Below are positions 19,917-29,661 of a DNA stretch of 64,000 nt, in pieces. Source of the DNA: Minisyncoccia bacterium (GTDB taxonomy: Bacteria; Patescibacteriota; Minisyncoccia; Phycocordibacterales; UBA918); assembly GCA_041750655.1 (NCBI GenBank), contig JBGSYZ010000011.1, positions 65,794 to 129,793 on the forward strand, given 5' to 3'. Position numbers and translations under genes: made by a program. The notes beneath the pieces were generated by a model. That model was not told where the DNA came from. It did no database searches and saw only the letters and a list, made by a program, of their open reading frames with translations. Each line of letters starts with the position of its first letter. Position 1 is the stretch's first letter.

Positions 19917-19934
19917 GTTGGTTAGTATAGCAAA

Positions 19935-20597
19935 TTATAATTCAAGGTTTTTGAAGGCAGCAGGGGCCAAATATGTGTGCCACTTTTTATAGAGTGTGGT
20001 GGTGGCAATGACGTCGCGAGTGTTGTAAGTGGCGATATCGTGGAACTTTTCCGTACGGAAAAGTTCCGCGACATCTTTACCGCTAACCCCTTCTTCTTTA
20101 GAGCTTTTAATCCCAAATGTCTCACAACACGCTCCGAGTGAAGGTTTTCTGCTCATGGCTCCATAGTAGGAAATTTGATCCTGTAAATCGACATGGAAAG
20201 CAGATTTTTGGCGCAGTAAGTAACGGTGTTCCATCAAGTCTTTGGTGAGTGGAATTTCATGAACAACAGAGCGAATATTTATAAACGGCACGTCAAATCC
20301 ACGGCCAGCGAAGGTCACAAACACATTATAGTCGCGGGCACCTGCCCAAAAATCTTCGAGCATTTGCTTTTCTGTTCTTTCTTTAAGTACAAATCCTTCA
20401 TAGGACATTTCAACACCATTACCGTCACCTTGGTAATACACCGCTCCTTGTTGACGTTCCAAGTCATACACGCCGATAGCTACTATTTGCCCAGTAAGTG
20501 GCGACAGCCCACGAGTATCTTGCTCTTCCGAATTGGTAGTTAAAAACGGCTCGTCAGAAAGAGGAGCCGTTTCAATGTCGAAAATAAGTGTTGCCAT
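19935..20597 (-). CDS. DEDD 3'-5' exonuclease / RNase H-like protein
   Basis: FDIET, FAGRGFDVPF, YNTRDV. Confidence 0.85.
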   Translation of the reverse strand: MATLIFDIETAPLSDEPFLTTNSEEQDTRGLSPLTGQIVAIGVYDLERQQGAVYYQGDGNGVEMSYEGFVLKERTEKQMLEDFWAGARDYNVFVTFAGRGFDVPFINIRSVVHEIPLTKDLMEHRYLLRQKSAFHVDLQDQISYYGAMSRKPSLGACCETFGIKSSKEEGVSGKDVAELFRTEKFHDIATYNTRDVIATTTLYKKWHTYLAPAAFKNLEL

Positions 20598-20599
20598 AC

Positions 20600-21394
20600 C
20601 TAACCAGCCAAAATCGGCTGTTGTGGTTCACTCATAAAACAGCCGAGAATAAAGTTTTCATTAGACCGAAGGTTATATTGATACCCAGTCGCTGTCGTTT
20701 GTCCTCCACACGTATCTAATTCTGTATTTTCTGCAGGACCATAAATTGGATTACCATCAAATGCATAGCCGACCAACGTTGTCGCAGCATATCCTTTATA
20801 CAAAATTACATCGTTGTTGTGTATCAAACGACCGTCTTTTGTGACCCCAATATAACCACTAGTTAAACACGATGGTTCTGTGCGGAGAACTGGTCTCACC
20901 GGGAACTGCAGCAAAGTGACTGGTGGTTGCGCAACAGTACCAGAAGCTGTTTGTATAGCCGGCTTCTGTTCAACAACAACCCTCGCTCCTTCTCGCTCCA
21001 CTACACTCACTTCTTTGGGCCAATTAGCCGCTAATTGAGCTTCAAGAACAGTGGCATCACACCAAATTATTTCTCTATTTGTTGCATCATTATTTAAGTC
21101 TTCTTGGTCATTTTTCTCTTGATCAGTTTCTGCCACTACTGGCTCAGGTACGACAATCGTATCAACCCGCCTGGCCAACTCTTTTTTCATCATGGCCACA
21201 AATGAATCTCGACCTTCCTTTTGTGGGATAATTGCCGTTTCAGGAACCACTCCAGCACCCTCAGACACTGCCACATTAGCCGACAAGTTCATCGCTGGAG
21301 TTGAACCAGCGTGTAAATACATCTGGGCACTAGTAAAAAACAGCCCAATAAAAAGAAGTACAAAGGCAATAATTACATTACGGGTCCATCTCAT
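20600..21394 (-). CDS. Exported protein with YHYH-like C-terminal domain
   Basis: LVGYAFDGNPIYGP...LDTCGG. Confidence 0.6.
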   Translation of the reverse strand: MRWTRNVIIAFVLLFIGLFFTSAQMYLHAGSTPAMNLSANVAVSEGAGVVPETAIIPQKEGRDSFVAMMKKELARRVDTIVVPEPVVAETDQEKNDQEDLNNDATNREIIWCDATVLEAQLAANWPKEVSVVEREGARVVVEQKPAIQTASGTVAQPPVTLLQFPVRPVLRTEPSCLTSGYIGVTKDGRLIHNNDVILYKGYAATTLVGYAFDGNPIYGPAENTELDTCGGQTTATGYQYNLRSNENFILGCFMSEPQQPILAG

Positions 21395-21411
21395 AATTGG
21401 CTCTATTGTAG

Positions 21412-21445
21412 CAAAAAACCGGGCTAATCGCCCGGCTTTTTGCTA
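21412..21445. terminator. Bidirectional terminator
   Basis: GCAAAAAACCGGGC-TAATC-GCCCGGCTTTTTGC. Confidence 0.8.
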
Positions 21446-21458
21446 CTAGGTGTTAAGA

Positions 21459-21551
21459 CTAGTAGTCGTCATCACTATAGTCATCGTCTTCTTCCACCTC
21501 TTCCTCGTCTTCAACTCCATCATCTGACATATCATCGAAAAGATACACCAT
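21459..21551 (-). CDS. Acidic 30-aa micropeptide ending in DDDY (not in ORF track)
   Basis: MVYLFDDMSDDGVEDEEEVEEDDDYSDDDY*; TATAAT upstream (~21605-21610) and terminator downstream. Confidence 0.65.
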   Translation of the reverse strand: MVYLFDDMSDDGVEDEEEVEEDDDYSDDDY

Positions 21552-21619
21552 ACGAATTGTCTTATATTTATAAACTGTCCTAGTAGAGCTAGTCCAGTCC
21601 GTAAATTATATACCTGTTT

Positions 21620-22960
21620 TTAAGGTTGTGAAGGTGTCCTATTTATTTTTTTAACGGTCTTTTTGGTAGTTGAATTATTAGTATTTTTATTAGACATCTT
21701 AATATCTACCATTTTTTCTATTCGTCTAATGTCTGCCAAAAGTTTTGACCTCTCTTCATTATAGAGAAACAAATTAAAAATAGATTTACCACCATTTTTA
21801 GAATAATATGCTCGGTCACCAACTTTTTTATTTATGGTGATACTATGAAAAGACTCTACATCCTCTAATTTTTTTATGCCTTTCATTTCGGAAATAACCC
21901 CTTCACTTTCAGCAAACCACTTAATTGCACACGCGTAGCCTTTGCATTTTTTTGGAATGACTGGTTTCTTAGGAACCCGAACTAAGATATCATTTTTTAT
22001 ATGATCAATATCACAACTCAAACTATGTAATGTATGTCGAAATCCTCCCATGCGTGGTCCAACTTCAATAATTTTCCATTCATCATCAATCTTCATCAAC
22101 TCAGTGTGTGCAGTCACACTTCGAAGACCGAGCGCATGAATTGCTGTTTCAGCAGCTTTTTCAGCCATTTGCGCTGTTTCTTTTTTGAGCGCAGTGGGTG
22201 TCATTTGCTTATAATTATAAAAATCATCGTGACCTATATTTCTACCAGTCACTACTCGTACAAGTGGGCAATGATATACCTTTCCTCGACTATTGACATA
22301 GGAGTCAATCGAGTACATATCACCGTCCATATACTCTTCGGCAATAATTTTAGGTGTCTCCGTCCTGTTGCCACTTGCATACAAACCTTTAATCTTTCTA
22401 AACATTGTCTTAAGAGTTTTTTCAAGTTCTTCCTCATGATAACAAATAGATACTAACAGACTAGCACCTAAATTTGTTGGTTTTACTATCATTGGAAACT
22501 TAACTTTTTCGGCGACACGTTTCCTTTCTTTTTTTGAATTTTCTTTAACCCAAGTAAATCTGGGAGTATTTTTTTTGTCGAATAAATTAAAACGCTTTCT
22601 CATCTCATACTTATCAGTTGCCCAGCGTAACGACTCAGTTGAGGGTGTCCTTAGGTATGGAACATGTGGAATTATATCAGCAAAACGAGTTATATGATCA
22701 TCAGAGCCACACGTTATAGTCAATAGATTATCTTGATAAGGCATCAAGGCTGAAGCTATTTTCCACGGTTTTGAAAAATCAAACTCAAGTACAGTAGCGA
22801 TTTTATCGTATTTACTATTTCTTCTAATACGTGAGTCCCACAGGAGTATAGGCTTTATCGGAACCCCAATCTCAGCAGAAAGAACTTCCAGACTACGTAA
22901 AGTCCCTGGAGGCATCATCATTACAAAAGCTACAAGGTTTTTAATTTGTTTTTTACTCAT
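21620..22960 (-). CDS. ATP-grasp ligase (L-amino-acid-ligase-like)
   Basis: DKYEMR, IVKPTNLGAS, EEYMDG, HTEL, EVGPRMGG. Confidence 0.88.
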   Translation of the reverse strand: MSKKQIKNLVAFVMMMPPGTLRSLEVLSAEIGVPIKPILLWDSRIRRNSKYDKIATVLEFDFSKPWKIASALMPYQDNLLTITCGSDDHITRFADIIPHVPYLRTPSTESLRWATDKYEMRKRFNLFDKKNTPRFTWVKENSKKERKRVAEKVKFPMIVKPTNLGASLLVSICYHEEELEKTLKTMFRKIKGLYASGNRTETPKIIAEEYMDGDMYSIDSYVNSRGKVYHCPLVRVVTGRNIGHDDFYNYKQMTPTALKKETAQMAEKAAETAIHALGLRSVTAHTELMKIDDEWKIIEVGPRMGGFRHTLHSLSCDIDHIKNDILVRVPKKPVIPKKCKGYACAIKWFAESEGVISEMKGIKKLEDVESFHSITINKKVGDRAYYSKNGGKSIFNLFLYNEERSKLLADIRRIEKMVDIKMSNKNTNNSTTKKTVKKINRTPSQP

Positions 22961-23133
22961 ACGTGAGATGATAATATTGACCTAGAATTAAACAACATAC
23001 TACATAAACTAGACTTTATTGCAAACCAACACAATTATGCATAAAAACAATTCTTGACAGAATATTTGGAGAAATATTTATCAACTATTATGCTACACTA
23101 ACAAAATTCAATATAAATCGGTTACACACAGCT

Positions 23134-23874
23134 ATGATAATAAAGTATCCAAATAAAATTGCTTGGCGAAAGCGAATCATGGAGGGTGAAAATTTTTTTA
23201 AAGGGAAGAAACAAGTTCGCCTTACTAAACTTCTTGGTAACCTTGATGCATACACGATTACACATCGTTTTACAGTACCTGACGAAAAATTTTTTGAATG
23301 GTTTTGTCCTGAATATGAAAAAATGATTAGTGCTAAAGATAACGCGCTTAACATCAATGTTAAGAATTACAGTATTCAAGATGACAATAAACCAGCAAAA
23401 CGAATGGCTTTGGAAATTTATAATAATGACATTCTGATAGGTGCTACACTATTTTTCGATTGTCGTTTATCCGCGAACATTGCTTTTAAAACATACAAAA
23501 ATAAATGGAACATCGTTGGTCCGCAAATTGGACCGTCTCTGTATAGTGAGTATTTAATATACGAATGGGCTAAAGAGCATAATAAGAAATTTGTATCTCT
23601 TGGTGTAGATAGAAATCCATATGGTCCAAACGCAAGTATTGGCTTAGCTTCATACAAGTTGTCTGCTGGGTATTATCCCAAACAACCGAAAAAATGTGTT
23701 TTACTAGAAATGGACACTGACACCATTTTTTCTGATACTCTAATATTTAGTACAAATGACACTGAAAAAAAACAAATTTTGAAAGCTACACTTATTACTA
23801 CTAACCCAAAAAATTATGAACTTTTGTTAAAGCAGAGTAAAAATATTATCCAAATTGATACACTAGCATTATAG
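23134..23874 (+). CDS. Hypothetical protein, possibly GNAT/FemAB-like fold
   Basis: YEWAKEH...SLGVD...GLASYKL pattern; low GC. Confidence 0.55.
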   Translation: MIIKYPNKIAWRKRIMEGENFFKGKKQVRLTKLLGNLDAYTITHRFTVPDEKFFEWFCPEYEKMISAKDNALNINVKNYSIQDDNKPAKRMALEIYNNDILIGATLFFDCRLSANIAFKTYKNKWNIVGPQIGPSLYSEYLIYEWAKEHNKKFVSLGVDRNPYGPNASIGLASYKLSAGYYPKQPKKCVLLEMDTDTIFSDTLIFSTNDTEKKQILKATLITTNPKNYELLLKQSKNIIQIDTLAL

Positions 23875-25179
23875 ATTTGGAATTATACCAAGCTCAATCA
23901 TCGCTGTGGTATGCAATTGATTTGTTGGATCAAATTTCCCCACTAATAAATACTTCAACCATTCATGATTATTTTTTAATAACGAGTGAACAGCAATGTT
24001 TCCATCACGATAACTACATTGTAATGTTAAAAATGCACCTGGGATTTTTCCATCAGTACCTTTGAACAAGTGCGCACAAACACCAAATGCAACGTTCTTT
24101 GCATTCACCTTTTCATTACTAAAGTAAATAGTATAAAAATCAAGCATAATTTCGAAAACCTCTCTGAAAGTTCTAGGTATGCCGCCCCGATCTAGTCCCA
24201 TAGCAATCCCAGCAGCAAAATAGGATTTGCCATTGGAATAATCATTCGCTCCCTTAACCAATTGTTCACGATATGTAGCAACGCCCTCTTCCCCTTTTAG
24301 ATACGCATGCAAACCCACTGACAAAAGCTTTAGTTTCGAGGATAGACCATTTTCATATCTCAAAATATGAGTCAACTCATGAGTAATTAAAGCATCAATA
24401 TTTCGACTCGTTAAAACACTTTCGGCTCTTCTTGAACTTAATGCTGTATCGTTTGGAATAATGACTCTTTTTGTGTTTGTTTTAACTACAAAATTTGATC
24501 GGCTCTTATGCCCATCAACTAGGCGCCATTGTGTCAAACCTAATTTTTCAAAAGCTTCATAAAAACGCTTTTTGATTTCATTTCTATCAGTCACCAAATT
24601 ACCTTCATCTGGGATCGAAGGTCTAATATTTAGATTATTAATAGTGCTAGCTGGTACTGTGTCAAAAATACTTCTTAGCCTGTAATATGCTTCTTTATTT
24701 CGTATTGAAAGTGGCGCAATAGTGAGTCTTTCAGCTAAGACAGTACATGAATGATAAAAGGTGTCTGGTTTTATTTTACCAAAGACTTCATTTGATAACT
24801 CTGTGAACGATTCAGCATACTTTTGTTTATCATTCTCCGCACTTATAAGTAACGCTGAGTTTCTCACTAAATTTATCAGCATTACTTTTTCGTCAATCTT
24901 TTTAAAGTATAAATTTTTAACAATTGGAATCGTATCTGAGCAGGATGCAATGTCTGATCTAAGTTGCTCTAATGTATCTAATTTGTATGAAAAATTACTG
25001 TCCTCAATATTATGGTATTTAAAATCCGGACCGACGCCCGTCCCATTTAAAAAGGCTTCTCTTGTAGAGTTATAATCATACAAAGTGAAGCGCGCAGGAA
25101 CACCGTCCTGAATTTTATGCAAACGCTCAAACCATTTTTCATCAAACGCTTCAGATGGTGTTTGGTTTGTTAGATTCAC
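23869..25179 (-). CDS. DUF1704 / MATCAP-like (Tyr/Phe carboxypeptidase-type) metallopeptidase
   Basis: HELTHILRYENG, EEGVA, GKFDP. Confidence 0.8.
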   Translation of the reverse strand: MNLTNQTPSEAFDEKWFERLHKIQDGVPARFTLYDYNSTREAFLNGTGVGPDFKYHNIEDSNFSYKLDTLEQLRSDIASCSDTIPIVKNLYFKKIDEKVMLINLVRNSALLISAENDKQKYAESFTELSNEVFGKIKPDTFYHSCTVLAERLTIAPLSIRNKEAYYRLRSIFDTVPASTINNLNIRPSIPDEGNLVTDRNEIKKRFYEAFEKLGLTQWRLVDGHKSRSNFVVKTNTKRVIIPNDTALSSRRAESVLTSRNIDALITHELTHILRYENGLSSKLKLLSVGLHAYLKGEEGVATYREQLVKGANDYSNGKSYFAAGIAMGLDRGGIPRTFREVFEIMLDFYTIYFSNEKVNAKNVAFGVCAHLFKGTDGKIPGAFLTLQCSYRDGNIAVHSLLKNNHEWLKYLLVGKFDPTNQLHTTAMIELGIIPNL

Positions 25180-25181
25180 AA

Positions 25182-25856
25182 TTAAAAACTAAATTCAACA
25201 TCGGTAGCAGCAGTGGCCTCTACCTCATCTGGTGCTGTTACGCCTATAGCGACTTCAATTTGTTTCTTAAAATCATCAAAGGTAGTAATTTCTATTTTTT
25301 CACCATTTAAGTAAAATGTTGGGGTGGCACTAATTTTAAGAACTCGTCCTTCGCGCATATCATTTTGAACCGCCTCCCGTACGACTGATGAATTAACATC
25401 ACGGTTAAATTTGTCTACATCAAGACCCAGCTCTTCAGCATAGCTGGAAAATAGATTTTTAGGATTGATATTTTGACTCCAATTTTTTTGACGTTCAAAT
25501 AGAATATCGTGCATTTCCCAAAACTTTCCTTGTACTCCAGCCGCTTCAGCTACACGAGCGGCTAATTCTGCGCTAGGGTGAATTGAGATAAGCGGAAAAT
25601 GATGGTACTCAAATCGAATCTGATCCCCATACTCATCAATAATATTGCTAACCACCGGTTCAAACTGCCCACATGCCGGACACTGAAAATCACTGTGTTC
25701 TGATAACACTACAGTTGCTTCAGGATTGCCCTTTACTTTTTCTTGTAGAGTGATGACTTCATCTGTTCCTCCACCTTTCACATTTGAATACACTAAAGCC
25801 CCGCCCAGCAGAACAATAAAAGAAACAGCAATAATAACCAGTGATGATTTTTCCAT
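25182..25856 (-). CDS. DsbA-family thioredoxin-fold protein
   Basis: SDFQCPAC, HFPL, ATPTF. Confidence 0.92.
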   Translation of the reverse strand: MEKSSLVIIAVSFIVLLGGALVYSNVKGGGTDEVITLQEKVKGNPEATVVLSEHSDFQCPACGQFEPVVSNIIDEYGDQIRFEYHHFPLISIHPSAELAARVAEAAGVQGKFWEMHDILFERQKNWSQNINPKNLFSSYAEELGLDVDKFNRDVNSSVVREAVQNDMREGRVLKISATPTFYLNGEKIEITTFDDFKKQIEVAIGVTAPDEVEATAATDVEFSF

Positions 25857-25936
25857 AAAACTCCGTTATATCGTTAATCCCATTACTATACCAAACCCGG
25901 TCGCGTTTCTGAAGTATTTGGGTATACTTGCTGTAT

Positions 25937-26290
25937 ATGTCAGGAATAAGCGCAGTAGTGAGAAAGTTTATGTACAGCGTCAAAGGTGTAATACACGCTA
26001 CCGTAAACGATACTGGTTTCCGAGCTCAGTTGTTAGTTGGTATACCGGGTTTGGTGATTGTTTGGTATTTGGCCCGCCCTTTATCCGAAATTGATATAGT
26101 TTTAATTACCTTAGCTACCATGCTAGTACTTATAACTGAATTGCAAAATTCAGCCTTTGAAAGTGCTCTTAATCACCTTCACCCTGAAAAACACCATAAT
26201 ATAGGCCACAGTAAAGATATGGCGGCGGGAGCCGTCCTGTTATCCGCTGTTTTTGCTTTATTAATTGCTGTGGTGGTTGTTTGGTTTTAA
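25937..26290 (+). CDS. dgkA: Diacylglycerol/undecaprenol kinase (DgkA family)
   Basis: ELQNSAFE, KDMAAGAV. Confidence 0.88.
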   Translation: MSGISAVVRKFMYSVKGVIHATVNDTGFRAQLLVGIPGLVIVWYLARPLSEIDIVLITLATMLVLITELQNSAFESALNHLHPEKHHNIGHSKDMAAGAVLLSAVFALLIAVVVVWF

Positions 26291-26402
26291 GTCTTTTTGC
26301 TATTGTGTTATTCCCTAGATATGCTTTAATTCTCTGCAAGACCGGCGCCTCCTAAGTTTAGTCGATTTGGTGGTAGGTTAGTTAACAATAAAAATCAATC
26401 CA

Positions 26403-26600
26403 ATGACAGGAACTATCGCACGACTGAAGGATCAGGGTTTTGGCTTTATCAAGCCAGCTGAAGGAGATAAAGATATCTTCTTTCACGCTAACTCTCTTCA
26501 AGGCGTAACTTTCGAGGAACTCCAAGAAGGTGATGCAGTGTCTTTTGAAGTTGAACAAACTGAAAAAGGACAGAACGCTACAAACGTTCAACGAGCATAA
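26403..26600 (+). CDS. csp: Cold-shock protein
   Basis: GFGFI, DIFFH, KGQNATNV; terminator 26628-26656. Confidence 0.95.
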   Translation: MTGTIARLKDQGFGFIKPAEGDKDIFFHANSLQGVTFEELQEGDAVSFEVEQTEKGQNATNVQRA

Positions 26601-26679
26601 GCTTTACGCTAACTCGGACCAATACAAGAAGCGCGGGCTACGCCCGCGCTTCTTTTATTGTTTATACATTGTATATTTA

Positions 26680-27207
26680 TTATCTATCTCCTTGTATTCT
26701 TTTTAAACCATTCATTTTGTGCACACCTCGATGTTCACCAAATCTGCCTGTATGCTCACCTCGCTCAATTCCAAGTTCGGTCATTATAGCGTGTGCTTCT
26801 TCAAACTTACCTTCTGCCATTAATTCATGTGCTTCCACAAACTTAGTAAACTCTTCCTTGGTGGTAATGTGTTCGGCTAAAGGGCTATCAACAATAGCTG
26901 TCTTGAAGGCTTCATAGTCGTTATTCTCAACAGCGTCCTTAATAGCGTCTCGCATTTCCATACGATACTTATGCATGGCACTACGGATTTCGTGCATAGT
27001 CTTTTTGTCAATATCAGCCTCTTCCAACACTGTTCTTGCTGCATCAAAATCACCAGACTCTCGCAGCTCATGAGACTCTTCCAAGGCCTCTATTTGGCTC
27101 GTGGTTAAGTTAACGTTTATTTTATCTAATATATCGCCGTTAAAGGCACTGACCCCGGTAGCGCTTACCATGAAGGCAGCCATGGGAATCATAATGTGTT
27201 TTATCAT
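26680..27207 (-). CDS. Secreted helical hypothetical protein
   Basis: Signal peptide; E/H/M-rich helical repeats. Confidence 0.7.
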   Translation of the reverse strand: MIKHIMIPMAAFMVSATGVSAFNGDILDKINVNLTTSQIEALEESHELRESGDFDAARTVLEEADIDKKTMHEIRSAMHKYRMEMRDAIKDAVENNDYEAFKTAIVDSPLAEHITTKEEFTKFVEAHELMAEGKFEEAHAIMTELGIERGEHTGRFGEHRGVHKMNGLKRIQGDR

Positions 27208-27366
27208 GTGTTGAATATATTTAAGCGTTAAGTAATTTTATAATTGCACAATATAGTTTGGTGAGGCCGTTAGGGCAGAGTAGGTACATGGTCTTGTAGA
27301 TAAACATGTGAGATGTCCTAGCACGCCCCTGGTCTCGTTATTTATTACAAACGTTACCAAGTTTTA

Positions 27367-28122
27367 TTACAATTTAGATTCTAACTCATCTTCCTCTTTG
27401 AATATTTTTTTCTCAATTCTTTCTATTGGTCTAAACATCTTCCTTAAAAATGGCTTTACCCCGAAAGCTTGAATTTCGTTATTAGTTATTGGGCCATAGA
27501 CTATCACTTGATCACCAACCTGAAATACAAAGTTGTTTGGCTTTTTGGTGGACTCAGTAACAATCACGCTTAATTCCCCTTTCACTCGCTCGTCTAAAAG
27601 AAAGCCATTTTCATTAATAATCTCAATTTCACCAATATTAATTCGCTCATTTGGTGTAATTCCGTAACCTTTATATACACCACCAACTATTGGTAAACGA
27701 CTTTCGACGGAACGCTGCATAACCAAGTCATGAAGACCGGTTTGAGAAACTATAAACGTCCCTAATATTGTGAACCCAACTATCCCAAACAGTGTATACA
27801 TTAATGGCTTACGATAACCGAACGAGTATCGGTTAACTAATACTTCAAGCAATAGTATAAAGACTGCTGCAATCAAGATAAGAAGCCATGGTAGTGCGAA
27901 CAAAAATTCAACCAAGCCTTGAAAACCAAAAGCAGGAATCATGATAATACCCGAGGTAGCTAGTGCAAAAACTATAAAACTAACCAAATATACTAACCAC
28001 AGCGTGAGAATACATATACCAACTATGGCTAGAAAACTTTTTAAAACAAAGTGCCATCGGGGTCGCATCGCCACGTCTCCGTGTTTAATTTTATTTAAAA
28101 CTGTTTCTTTTACATTATTCAT
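27367..28122 (-). CDS. Membrane protein, putative anti-sigma partner
   Basis: 3 TM plus OB-like C-terminus; overlaps the ECF sigma stop. Confidence 0.65.
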   Translation of the reverse strand: MNNVKETVLNKIKHGDVAMRPRWHFVLKSFLAIVGICILTLWLVYLVSFIVFALATSGIIMIPAFGFQGLVEFLFALPWLLILIAAVFILLLEVLVNRYSFGYRKPLMYTLFGIVGFTILGTFIVSQTGLHDLVMQRSVESRLPIVGGVYKGYGITPNERINIGEIEIINENGFLLDERVKGELSVIVTESTKKPNNFVFQVGDQVIVYGPITNNEIQAFGVKPFLRKMFRPIERIEKKIFKEEDELESKL

Positions 28123-28672
28123 AGTGTTTTTTAGTATACAAATGTTTTAATTTTTCTTTTCCTCGATTAATTCGAACACCGACCGTCGTAACCGGGATAT
28201 GAAGTACTTCAGCAATGTCTTGATAGCTTAACTCTTCATAAAAAAACAACACCAGCGGTTCACGATACTTACCATCAAGTTCAATTAAAAACTCTTCCAT
28301 TATTTTTTTAAGTTCCGCTTGCTCGGTGGGGCCGTCAGTGGTCTCGGAAGAAACAACAAACGGTAAAATAGTATCTGGATCAAAAAAGCCAAGTGGTTGG
28401 CGTGTCTTTTTCCGCAACTCGTTTACAAACTCATTATGAGCGATGCGATATATCCAGGGCGAAAAACGCTGAGTGGCATCAAATGATTGAATGTGGGTGT
28501 AGGCCTTAATAAAAACCTCTTGTACTATGTCTTCGACATCCTCCTTGGTGTTAAGGAACTTACGGCCGTACCGTTTAAGCTTATCTTCATAACGCTCAAT
28601 CAAAAAACCGAACGCATCCGAGTCGCCAGCCTGTACGTGTATGGCAATCGTCTCATCCGATTCTTGCTGCAT
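28115..28672 (-). CDS. ECF RNA polymerase sigma factor
   Basis: EDIVQEVFIK, FSPWIYRIAHN, LSYQDIAEVL. Confidence 0.95.
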   Translation of the reverse strand: MQQESDETIAIHVQAGDSDAFGFLIERYEDKLKRYGRKFLNTKEDVEDIVQEVFIKAYTHIQSFDATQRFSPWIYRIAHNEFVNELRKKTRQPLGFFDPDTILPFVVSSETTDGPTEQAELKKIMEEFLIELDGKYREPLVLFFYEELSYQDIAEVLHIPVTTVGVRINRGKEKLKHLYTKKHYE

Positions 28673-28749
28673 TTACTAATAATACATCTAAAATTAACTT
28701 TTATTACAAAAAAGCCCGGCGCCAAAGGCGCCGGGCCACACCCCTCTAA

Positions 28750-29661
28750 CTACCTCGCTACATTCTTATTCTCAAAGTAACTAAACAAAGCTTTTACTCC
28801 GGCCATATTTTGAACCCATTCGATTGATTGATAACTCTTTAATTCAACCGTAATCGCTGGAATACCAATGGAGGCTAACCAACCTTCAGCGTCGCCAGTG
28901 ATGGGATAAGCGGTAAAAGCCGGAACAGCACCGTACCCGGCGGCATTGGCGTAGGCATCCATGATGGCAAGAGTTTCTGGTAGTGGTCCAGATTCACACT
29001 CTGAAGCGTAGACATTGTTGGCTTGTGAGTGCCAAAAGACAACCGCGTCTGGTGTATTTGCCAAAACATAGTCTCGCAGAGCTGCTGCTTCTGGCTCAGA
29101 GAATGGCGCTGTCCCAGCACTCACCGGATCACCACGCCAGGTACTTTGTGGTGCCCACTTACAATCAAAGTTTCGGTTGAGATCCACATAATTCTTATTG
29201 AAGCGACCATCAGCCACCCGAGTGGTTGGGTCGGTGATGTCGGTGGCCGCGAAGCGGCCACCGGTACCGGTCACCATCGCCAAACCATCAGGGTTGATTG
29301 ACGGAATTACCGCCACACGCACCCCTTCCGGTATCATGTCCAAATTTTCTCCCAAATAATCTATAAACTCGTACGCCAAAAGAGCACTGTTCCACTCATA
29401 CCCACCGTGCATACCACCCACAAACAGAATCTCAGTCTCCCCGTTACCAAATACGTACGCTGAAATATCTCGCCCCGCTACCGAATGTCCAATGACCGAA
29501 ATTTCAGGGTACGAAGGAGTGGGTTCTTCATCAACTACCGGTGTTTCATCAATTACCGGCGGTAACTCTACTTTAGTTTCTGGCCAAAAGAATATCGCTA
29601 ATCCGACCGCTAACAAAATGGCTAAAAGCGCCCCAATTACAAACTTCAACTTACTCGGCAT
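28750..29661 (-). CDS. M14 zinc carboxypeptidase (MpaA-like), membrane-anchored
   Basis: GGMHGGYE, NPDG, DLNRNF, SEPE, VEL. Confidence 0.9.
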   Translation of the reverse strand: MPSKLKFVIGALLAILLAVGLAIFFWPETKVELPPVIDETPVVDEEPTPSYPEISVIGHSVAGRDISAYVFGNGETEILFVGGMHGGYEWNSALLAYEFIDYLGENLDMIPEGVRVAVIPSINPDGLAMVTGTGGRFAATDITDPTTRVADGRFNKNYVDLNRNFDCKWAPQSTWRGDPVSAGTAPFSEPEAAALRDYVLANTPDAVVFWHSQANNVYASECESGPLPETLAIMDAYANAAGYGAVPAFTAYPITGDAEGWLASIGIPAITVELKSYQSIEWVQNMAGVKALFSYFENKNVAR

